Below, piece by piece: positions 29,809 to 40,210 of a DNA stretch of 64,000 nt. Position numbers and translations under genes: made by a program. The notes below the pieces were generated by a model. The model was not told the origin of the DNA, searched no databases, and worked only from the letters and a program-made list of their open reading frames with translations. The DNA is from Balamuthia mandrillaris (taxonomy: Eukaryota), in the NCBI GenBank assembly GCA_031835245.2, contig JAVKOQ020000001.1, forward strand, positions 1 to 64,000, written 5' to 3'. Numbering within the stretch: position 1 is the first letter of the stretch; every line of letters starts with the position of its first letter.

Positions 29809-32414
29809 TCAGTTGTTGCCGATGTTTTCCTTCTCAGCAAACGTCAACAGTGATGAAGATGTGGAGGAAGACGATGATAACGGAGAAGCCGCTTTGTTGG
29901 ATGATGTTGAAGCAAACGCCTTTTGCGAAGCAGATGAAGCAGACAACAACAAAGCGCTATTGCTGGTTGATATCATGTTTTTGTTGAAAGAGGAAGAAGT
30001 GGAAGCTCTGGTCTTGTTGCCTTGGTGGTTGAACTTGATAGCTTTGGCTTGGGCCTCGGCCGCTTCCACGATGGCAGTAGCCAAAGCTTCGGCTTCGCTT
30101 GGTTGATGCAACGACAGAGGCAAACGATCATACAGTGAGCTGCTGCTGTAAGAGGAAGCGCTGGCAGTCAAAGTGGCTGAAGAGAAGGTTGTCTTTGTTT
30201 GCGAACCAATGGCAGCAGCGAATTTGTCCAATGCACTCGATGCAGAAGCAAAAGAGGCCACTGAAGAAGATGGAGGAAGCACTGAGCCGATAGTAGAAGT
30301 GGAAGGAATGGCTTGTCTGGCCCTTTCGTTGTCTTTCGCGATGGCAGCAGCGGTGGAGGGGGAGAGCGAAGGCGGAGCTTCCTCTTCCAGCTCTACTCCT
30401 GTGGTTGCCTTTGTTCCAGTTACAGAGACAGAAGATGGTGTAGGTGAAGATTGTTGTTGCGTTGCACTGAGATGATCAATAACAGAAACGCTCCTCGCTC
30501 CTGCTTCTCCAGTGCTTACTGCAGCCACAGAAGGAGTATAAGGCGAAGATGAAACAACAGCAACAGAAGAACAAGGAGAACGATGAGCAATGGATTGCTC
30601 AGGGGTGCAAGAGGAGACTGGCAAAGCAACATTAGCAAGAGAGGAAGAAGGGAGAGGCGAAGAAGCCTTGGGGGCCAACTCCGGTACGTTCTTCGTCAAG
30701 AATGGATGCTCCAACATCTCATCCAAAGTTATGCGTTGAGCAGGATCATGAACCAACAAACGAGAGATAAGGTCTTTGGCCTCTGCAGACAGATAAACCG
30801 GGAAGGAGAGCTGAACTTTAGAGATGCGTTCGGTCGTCTCCAACTCGTCTTTGGCGAGGAAGGGTGGTTTGCCGACCAGAAACTCATAAGTCAAAACGCC
30901 GAGACTCCAGATGTCGACTCCATCGTCGTATTGTTTGCCTTCTATGATTTCAGGAGGGAGGTAGTCTAAGGTGCCACATAATGTCATGCGTCGAGTGTTC
31001 GGAGCATGCACTGACCTGTTAGAATGAAGCATAAGAGAAAAGCTAAAAGGAAAGAGAAAGGTAAAGGTAACAAAGAGAGGGGAAGCATGAGAGATACCAT
31101 CCAAAGTCAGCGATTTTAAGTTCTCCTTTCTTTCCAATGAGCAGGTTCTCTGGTTTAATGTCTGCATGTATTTTCGATAAACCATCAGAAAAAGAAAGAC
31201 AAAGACATATACGATGCAAAGAAGAAACGGACCTCTGTGAATGACTCCTTGCTTGTGACAGAACCTCAAAGCGGAGACAATAGAATAGAGATACTTGGCT
31301 GCCATCTTCTCAGGGAACCTTTGCATCGTCTGAAGTTGTTTAAACACTTCTCCTCCTGTAATGATTTTGTTAGTGTCTTTTACTTTGCAAAAGGAGACAG
31401 AGAGAGGAGAGAGAGAGAGATACCAGGAGCATATTCCAGGATAAGAAATACTTTGGATTCATCATGGAACCATCCATACAGCCGAAGAATGTTCGGGTGC
31501 CTTTTTATTGTGTTGGCAACCAAAAACAAAGATAACAGCGACGAAAGAAAGTAGGAGACGAAAGAAGGAGAAGTGAGAAGAGAACAACGAAGAGCATAGA
31601 AAAGAGCAGAGGAGAGAAATAAAGTACCGAAGGTGGGCTTGTATTTCAATCTCACGACGGATCTGGTGTTCCACTCCGGAGTTGCGAAGGGTGTCTTTGA
31701 ATAAGACTTTCACTGCCACTTGAAACTTGGTCCTCTTCTCTCTCGCCTGTTTGTTGTTTGTGTTCTGTTTGGTAAGCCTCCAAAGAAGAAGAAGAAGAAG
31801 AGGAAAAAAATAACGAGAATAAAGTCACGTACCAAATAGACGTTGCCAAACTTGCCCCTTCCCAACTTGTTCTTCACCTCAAAGTCGCTCAGCTGCCACT
31901 TTCGCGGTTGCTGTAGTTGTTGTTGCTGCTGCTGTGGTTGTGCTGATGGCTTATCCGAGGAAACAACAACTTCTTGCGAAGGAGGAGGAGCACGGTTTTG
32001 GACCTTGTTCAACAGACGGTCATTCGTGGTTGGCTTCTTTAGAGCGGCTCCCCGACGGGGTTCCTTAGTCATCGTTGTGGCTGCTGCGGTGGGCTGCTGC
32101 GGTCCCGTTTGGCAAAGTTGTTTCTCTTTGACGAGACGTTCTTTCTGTGTTTTGAGCTGCTTTATCCTTTCCCTTTTTTCTTTGAGGCTCAACGCAGAGT
32201 CCGCAGCAGGCTGGGCACGACCCTTGGGAGGGAGGAACGCTTCCGAGGAAGCAGCGGAAGGAGAGAGGTTATTGGAGGAAGGAACGTGCGAGCCTGTGTC
32301 TTCGCGCAAACCAGCAACGCGAACCACCCGTTGTGGTCCTTGCTGCATGCCCACTCCCGCCGTCCCTCCTTGTTTCGTTGTCGTCATTGTCGTTGTGGCT
32401 GGTGGTTGTTGCAT
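29809..32414 (-). CDS. Aurora kinase with long Ser/Ala-rich C-terminal extension
   Basis: [79 protein letters not shown]. Confidence 0.95.
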
Positions 32415-32571
32415 TTCTTTCTTTAAGGCAAAAACAAAAGCACTCTCTCGCGCTTTGTCCGTGACTCGTTTGTGTCGCAATTGCTGCCCTGCCCTCCGGC
32501 TCCTCCTCTTATTGTTTTTATTCTTTGTTTGTTTGTTTGTTTGGGGCCAAAACACTCTCCTCCTCAGCTCG

Positions 32572-32650
32572 CCTAACGGTCGGCAAAGAAGAATAATTTT
32601 GGCGGGAAAATGTCGACGGAAATTGATGTCGACAAACTGTGTCGACGAAA
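32572..32650. promoter_or_regulatory. Aurora promoter elements: MSA-like TAACGG, E2F site, three GTCGAC sites
   Basis: CCTAACGGTC at 32572, TTTTGGCGGGAAAA at 32597, TGTCGAC at 32611, 32627 and 32640. Confidence 0.55.
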
Positions 32651-32952
32651 ACTGAGGCACTCTCTCCCTTCTCCCTTCGCTTTCTCTCTCTCGCGCTCAA
32701 CAGAGACTTTGTGGGGTGCTGGGGGTTGTTCTGTCTTTTGGTTTGGGCGCGAACACAGGGCAGAGGGAATGCATGGTTGCTTATTAATACAAGCAAACAA
32801 ATCTACGAACACAAAAGGTATCAACATGTGAAGTTATTGGCGTTGCATGGAAGCTATATAGTAAACATCTATAGTAAACATCTTTACCGAACTACCCTTC
32901 CTATTTGATGAGACAAACAGCAAAAAAAAACACACACACACACAACGCACTT

Positions 32953-35647
32953 CTACTTCTCCTCCGCCGCCAAGTGCACCTGATAGACTTTGGCGTCCTT
33001 CAATACGTCCTTCGCCTGCAGACGATACAGCGCATCAAAGAGCAGCAGCTTAAAGGAAGCTGGCCCGCCAGCCGCACCATCCGAGGAAGAGGAGCTCACC
33101 AAGGGCAGCGCCTTGGCCGCCTTCTCGCCCGCCAATCCCCAACAGACCAAGGCGGAGAGAGCGGCGGTGCATCGGTTCTTATGCACGCTGGCAAAGGCGC
33201 CCATAATGGCGGTTGCCATGCAGCCCGTTGCGGTGATGGTGCCCATCATCTCGTGGCCGTTGTCCACTGCGTAGATGTGCTTCCCATCTATATGGAGATA
33301 AAAGTGAGCAACAGAAAGGAGAAAATAAGAGAGAAGAAGGAGGACGTATAACCAGAAACAACATCAGTTTTGCCGGTGATGACAACAATAGTGCGATGAG
33401 TTGGTTGTGCTCTAGCCAGCTCTAGAGCGACGCGGCCACGTTGTTGAACGTCCTCAGCACCGCCAATGCTTTCCACTCCCCTCGTCTCCACTTGGACCTC
33501 TTCACTCTTTGTTTCTTTTTTAGCACTTTCTCTCCTCTTCTTCGTTGTCTTTGTTGCGGTAGAAGGCACGAGTTCACGCCAAAGAGCAACAATCTCTCCG
33601 AAGTTGCCTTTCAGTATGTCGACCTTGAGCTCTCTCATCAGCTGAACGTTGGTTTGTGTGCGGAAGGAAGTGGCCCCGGCTCCCACAGGGTCCAACACAA
33701 TTGGAACGCCCAAAGCGTTGGCCCGTTTGCCAGCACGAAGCATGGAGCGGATCCACTCGCTGGAAAGGGTGCCTGGATTGAGCACCAGGGCGCCGTTAAC
33801 GCTGCCCGTAGACGTGGCTAGTGTTACCATGTCTTCCACTTCTTCCTCTGTAAAAAAGAATAAAGTCAGTCGACTGAGAATAAGTGGGAGAAGAAGAGGA
33901 CGAAGAAACTACCAGCATGGGCCATAATGGGAAGCGCGCCAACATGCAAAGTGACATTAGCAGAGTCGTTCATAGCTACGAAGTTTGTTATTTGATGGAC
34001 TAAAGGCTTCCGTTCTCTCAGAAAGGTGAGCCCATCCGCAATGTCCCGTGCAATGTGCTCAAAGTAATTCTTCTGTTGGCTTACCGTCGGTGATGCTTGC
34101 TCATTCTGTTTCCCGTTCTTCTCCGTTCTTATACTCTCTTCGGTTTCTGCTCCTTCTGTTTCTTTCGTCGCTGCTCGTCGTGGCAAGGTTTGGTGCGGGT
34201 TATCAATGATGCTACGCAACTCACCGGCCGCGTGCGCCACATCATCCGCCGCGGCGATGGCCGAAACCACCCCCAACGCTATGGGCTGTCCTTGTGCCAA
34301 CACCTCAGCAGCGTTTTCCTGATGAATGCCGCCAATAGCCACTAAGGGCGTTACCTTAGCCCTACTCCTCGCTTTGCGAGCTAGCCCGAGCAGATAGCTC
34401 GAGAGCTGATGTAAGCCCATCAAGCCCATGGGCTCACCCGCGATGTCCGTCTTGGTTGGCGTTGCAAAGACCGCGTTAGTGCCAAGATAGTTCGCCCCGG
34501 CAGCGATGGCGGTTTGGGCTTGTGCGGCATCACGCACGGTGGCACCTATGATGAACTTCTTGCCAAGAATTTTACGTGCTGTCTCCACGTCCATGTCCTT
34601 CTCGCCCAGATGAACGCCATCTGCTTCTACTGCCAATGCCACATCTTTTCATAGTTGGCAACAGAGTTACAAAATGTTATTTAAAAAACAGAAACAAGAT
34701 GAGAAGAGAAGACAGTAATGGAGTGAAGAGGTGAAACAGGGAAGCAGCAGAGAAACAGGGAAGTAAAGAACGAGGAGGAGGAAGAGGAGGAGGAGGAGGA
34801 GAGAGAGGAGGAGGAGAGGAGGAGGAGGAGAGGAGGAGGAGGGAGGAGGAGGAGGGAGGAGAGGAGGAGGAGGAGGGAGGAGGAGGAGGAGGAGGAGGAG
34901 GAGGAGGAGGAGGGAGAGGAGGAGGAGGAGGAGGGAGAGGAGGAGGAGAGGAGGAGGAGGAGGAGGGAGGAGGAGGAGGAGGAGGAGGAGAACAACAACA
35001 ACAAGCAAAAGAGTGGAGAACAGTGAGAGCAAAGAGGAGAAACACGTCTCAGAAACACACTAACCAACACGGTCGTTGATGATAAGCGGGACGTTCGCAG
35101 GGCGAGTGATCTCCAACAACCTCCGCGCCGTGGCAATAAGCTCCTTGGTGGTGGCCTGCTTGTCCCGGTACTGCACGCAAGTGGCTCCCCCTCGAATGGC
35201 CTCCCTCACCATGTCCTCCAGGCTCCTCCCTCTGGCGGCCGCTATTTTGCTGTCCGTCACAAAGTAGAGGCAGAGCTCGTAGTGATGAGCGTTGATGCGG
35301 AGGGGAACGGAGCGGGCTTTTGGGGGAGGAGGACGATTGCGCCAGGAAGGAGAAGAAGACGAGTAGTGGCAGCGAGCAGAGGTAGCAAAGCAAGAGGAAG
35401 AAAAAGAGGAGGAGGAGCGATGAGGAATATAATGGTGGTTACGAGGAGGAGGTTGAAGACTAGGAGAGAGGGCCAGCGAGGAAGAGGAACGGTGGTGGTG
35501 GTGGTGGTGAGACGGGAAGGGCCGAGGGGGTTGGTGGTGGTGGCGTGTGAGTGAAGCACCGCTACGGGGTAGCAGCGCCACATGGTGCAGGGGTTGGCTG
35601 GGACGAAGATAGCACAAGGCGGGCGTGGCGCAGCTCTGTCCCTTCAT
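32953..35647 (-). CDS. THI6: Bifunctional thiamine-phosphate synthase / hydroxyethylthiazole kinase (ThiE-ThiM fusion)
   Basis: ThiE motifs LYFVTD, VQYRDK, IINDR|VD, DGVHLG and VAIGGI. ThiM motifs [26 protein letters not shown] and TATGCM. Confidence 0.92.
34772..34990. repeat. (GGA)n microsatellite in THI6 intron 1
   Basis: Directly visible. Confidence 0.95.
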
Positions 35648-35887
35648 TCTCTGCTTTTTTTTTTTATTTTCCCCTGCGCTGCATTGGGGGGAATACTCTC
35701 CTGTCCTGGTCCGCTTTTTCCTAGTGGTGTATCCTGTCCTCTCCCATGTCTTGCGAAAATATGAAATTTTGTTTCTACAAATATGAAAAAGTGAATATTT
35801 CAATATTTTCGTCGACAATTTGTGATAGTTTACAATTTTTGTAACTAGTTGTTTGGCGCCAAAAGATACAAAGAGAGAAAGCAAGAG

Positions 35888-36259
35888 ATGGAGCAGCAAC
35901 AGCCAAAGAGTAGCAGCAAAAGCCCAAGAAGGGAGGAGCTCCCATCGCAGCACGCCGGCGGCATGAGTGTGGTCGTGCAACAAGTTGATGAAGCGTTTTT
36001 GTTGGTGGTTTGTGATAATCTTCTCCTCCCTTTGGACCCGGTTCCCTGAAGTAACGCTACGTTTATTTTTTCGGTGTCTCACTGTGCTTGCTTCGCTTCT
36101 TCTTCTTCTTGTTGTTGTTTCCTCGTTCTTCTTTGTATGAAAAGGACAATGAGAATGAATGGGTTCACATCGGGAAAGGGATGGTGGTCTACATTTGCTT
36201 TCTTCAGGGAGCCTCCCAAGAAATGCTTCCTAAAGTGGGTTCGTGATTTGCCCTTTTCT

Positions 36260-36301
<42 letters not shown>

Positions 36302-36837
36302 TCGCCTTCCCTCTCCTGTCTTCTCTGCTCCACTCTGTATTCTGATGTTTCCTTCAACATAGTGAAAGCATTGTTGGGCGTGAAGCTGTTTCAGGTAGAT
36401 GGCAAAGCGGCTTCGGTGATGGAAGCGCAGCGAGACATAATGATAGTCCCACAGGCTTCGCTTAGCGGCAAACTTAAAGGCAATCGCACACAGTTATGTT
36501 TGCTTGCTTGCTATCTTCTTCCTTCTTTCTTCTTCGGTCTTTCTTTCATTGCCATCTCACATGTTCCATTCATTTAAAATAGATATCACGGACAGGCCAA
36601 CAAAGAAGAAGCTGAGACACTCTACGACACCTTCATAAGCCTCATCAAAGCCAACATCTCCAACACGCCGGACATCATTCTCAAGCATGGCACTTATGGT
36701 TTCTCTCTCTCTCGTTCCTTTTTAGTTTGTTCCTGTTTGAGAAAAAGAACTGAAAGGCCAATCAATCAAACGCAGGAAATAGGCAAGGACTTCGCATTGT
36801 ATCGTCGGGACCTTACACGCATCATTTCACATTCTAA
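35888..36837 (+). CDS. DTD2: D-aminoacyl-tRNA deacylase 2 / ATD-type deacylase (5 exons)
   Basis: Spliced product: VVVQQ..WVHIGKGMVVYICFLQGA..LPKVVKALLGVKL..IVPQASLSGKLKGNRTQYH..HGTYGNRQGLRIVSSGPYTHHFTF*. Confidence 0.88.
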
Positions 36838-36994
36838 TGGTGGCAGCGTTTACCTTCAACAAAAGTTGAAGAGCTTATCTCTTCGTTCAACTTCTTGTTT
36901 TCGAGGCTGGAAAACAACTAAGAGAGGAGAACAAAGATGGAAACCAAGCAACATACAATTCTTTACACAGGCAAAACACAACATCAACAAATGT

Positions 36995-39215
36995 TTACGC
37001 AGTTGAGTCAGAAGATGATGATTCTCCTTCCTCCAAAGCAGCTTTCTCTGTTTCTTTTTCTGCTTTCTCCTCCTCTCCCTCACTATTCGTTGCTGTTCTC
37101 TCATTCGTATTGCTTTGATTCGCATTGGCAGTGTTGCCCCTCGACCGCAACGAAAATGACCTTGTACGTTTGGAACTTCCCCCTTCGGAGTAGGAGCGCG
37201 TGGAGCGCAGGCTCCTCGTGACATCCCGCACCCTCTTCTTCCACGCCCTCACCACCATCTTCCTCGGGAACAGCGCCAGGAAGAGCAAAAAGCCCAGGCT
37301 GGCATAGGCAAAGCCTCTCAGGCCAAGGAGCTCATAGTTCATGGTGACGGAGTCAAAGTTGCAGCCCAGGGACTCCACATTGGAGGAGGTGTCCCCCCAG
37401 TACATGCAGGTATAGAAGAGAAGGTACTGATCCATGATCTCCTCCTCATCTTGGTAGAACTTGATGGAGTAGGCGAAGATGAAGGTGTAGTTGAAGAGGA
37501 AGATGGAGACGAAGATGAGGAGGCTGTAGTTTGCCAGGAGCAAGGCCTTGACCTTCTTGCTGACCAGGGCTCTTCGCACGATTTGGATGATGGAGGCTGC
37601 GAAGAAGGCGCTACCGGCGCCGAGGGCGATGCCGACGGGGATGAACCAGAAGGCCAGGAGGTAGGCCTGCTCGTCTTTGGAGGAGATGAAACAGCTGTTT
37701 GCATTCATTTCAACAACGAAGGAGAAAGGTTAGATAGGAGCGAAGATGCAGGAGGTGAGGAGAGGATGAGAGAGGTGAGGAGAGGAAAAGGAAGCATGAA
37801 GGAAGCAAAAAGAGAAGAAGCATACAAGGTTCCGCCGAGTGGAAAGGCCACCCGGTCAGCAGCGGCAGGGATGATGGAGAACAACACGGAAATGCCCCAC
37901 GCCACCACGTGATAGACCCATTGCAACACCTTTTCTGCTTTGCCGCCATCCGGCAGTTTATCAGGAAAGTACAGCTGTTCCAGCAAACAATCACAAAGTA
38001 AGTTTAACATTTACTCCTTTAGCCAAAGGTGGAAAGCGAGAGAAGAGAGAGAGAAGGGATATAGAGGAGAGCGAGAGGAACCTTGAGGAACATGTTCAAC
38101 GAAACGCAGGCCCACCAAATGGTCGAACACAGGTATCCAAAATGAAGTATCGTTCCTTTTTGTTGTTTAGTCATCTGTTAACCGGTTTCTTGTCCAACCT
38201 TTCTCTAAAACACAAAGGGAAGCGAACCTTGAAAAGTGCACAACCCAGAGGAGGCCTCCACATCCTCAAAGGTAAATTCCGACCGCAGCACTCCTCCATC
38301 CAGCGCTATTACGTCGATGGCGATGACCTGCCCGTCCTCTCCGCACCACCAAAGCTCGTGCCCGCCGAAGGAGGGGAGGATCATGGCGCCGGCGGCGATG
38401 TGGGCGGCTATGGCAGACATCATGAGCAGGTTCGAAGGGTACTTGCGTAGCTTGGGGTCGATGAGAGAGGTTACTATCCACGCCAGTGAACCCGCCTTTT
38501 AAACAGTTTTCGTAAGTATTTCCGTCATCTTAAAGAGAAGGAGGAGAAGCAGAAGCAGAAGCAGAAGCAGAAGCAGAAAGAGAAACGACGAAAGAAAGAA
38601 GAATCGAAAGAAGAAAAGATAGAAAGAGCTACCCAAGATAACCACCCAAACGTCAGCTGAAGCGCTTGGAGGGCATCATACTCCTCATCGGTCAAGGAGG
38701 GCAAGGGACATTCCAATCCACACTTTAGAACGCCATCCTCAACGGTGGCTTTGAACGGGTCCTGACAGTCACTTGGCACCAGGACGGTTTTGGGAGCTCG
38801 GCACTCAAACTCCAACTCGCGCCCATCGTCGAGGGTGAGGTTGTAGCGAGGCTTCTGCCAGAAGGGAGTGAAGCCGGCGTCGTAGTCGGACTCGTTGCAG
38901 AGCAACGGGAACTGTTCGTTGGGAGGGAGGAAGAACGGCAGTCCTGGGTCGGACTTTAGAACCTCGTGAAAGGCATCGCTGCAGATATTTACTATTGTTG
39001 TTGTCATAATGTTAGATGGAAGAAGAAGAAGAAGAAGAAGAAGAAGAAGAACAAGAACAAGAACAAGAACAAGAACAAGAACAAGAACAAGAACAAGAAC
39101 AAGAACAAGAACAAGAACAAGAACAAGAAGAACGAAGCAAGGAGAATGGTACAATGACGAAGGCATAGGTCTTCGCACGGTTGAATGGGAAGTATCAAAG
39201 TTTCTGTATGAGAGC

Positions 39216-39246
<31 letters not shown>

Positions 39247-39758
39247 GTAAAAGTGAGCAAGGAAAATAAAGTTAACATGAAAGCAGGCAACAATGAAGTC
39301 GTGATACCATCGCCAACAGTCACACAAGGACGAAGCCAAGTAAGACAAAACAAGGTGGTAACGCTTTCAGCGCAGTCAGGGGGAACCCGGTCTCGAAAGG
39401 TGGTCCCCAAACGAAAGATGCCCTGACTCCAGAACTGGTGGCTCGGCATGGTCCAATTCTCTCCAATGAATATCAGGTCGCCCTCTTTGTTTGGTTTGTT
39501 CGTTTGTTTATCCATGTGAACATACCGAAGAATAATAAAATAAATAAACCGTTCTTTTAATAAAATAAACAAACCTTTAAAGCCAGTTACTTCGGAGCAC
39601 TCTGCAGGAAGTCCGTTCCATGGTTGGCATGTAGCGTCAGCCACGTCCGGAGCGCCCCATTCATACCCTTCCGGGTTCTGAGCCCAGCCACAACCACTGC
39701 ACAGAAGCAACAGGACGCACAACCACAAAATGACGGCACCGCTTTTCCTTTCCCTCAT
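36995..39758 (-). CDS. Frizzled/Smoothened-like GPCR, copy 1
   Basis: Signal peptide, Cys-rich domain (C..FCLTWLRPC..PCEDLC), CGLECPLP linker, KYPSNLL, WW..S.NMFL, YHVVAWG, CFIS..FWFIP; seven TM segments. Confidence 0.85.
39019..39133. repeat. (GAA)n-(AAGAAC)n microsatellite in an intron
   Basis: Directly visible. Confidence 0.95.
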
Positions 39759-40210
39759 CGGGTTTGTTTTTTGTTCGAGCAGGTGCGTGCTGTGTGCACC
39801 TCCTCTTTGTTTTAGCACAAATATTCCAGGCAGCTCTCGCCTCCTGCCAAAGGTTTCTCTCTTTGCCACACCTCCCCTTTTGTTTTTTTTAAAGGTCTAT
39901 GCGCGTGGTTACCCGCTTTCTGTTGCCACACTTGGTCACAGCGACGAGGAGAGGAGGAAACTCAACAAACGGTTATTTTGGGTGTTGATGCGCCACGAGG
40001 CATTAATACTATAATTTAACCCTAACGTCGCTTATATGGTAAAAACTTTTCGTTATTAATGATATTTTTCCGCCAATCAGCGGCTGGGAAAATCTGTCGA
40101 CAAGTCCGATATCTTCTGTGGGGGACCACCCATTCCGCACTATTCAGGTGATCCCACTGGAAATTTTGGACATTTTTTGTGCTTGTATCGATTCTCAGTT
40201 TTTTTTTTTG

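Noticed and set aside
34667..35136. Poly-Pro/Leu/Ser ORFs
   Set aside because: They are translations of the intronic GGA microsatellite.
35670..35750. TPP riboswitch upstream of THI6 (minus strand has AATGCAGCGCAGGGG)
   Set aside because: It resembles only the 3' end of the aptamer. The conserved CUGAGA and ACCUGA segments are missing.
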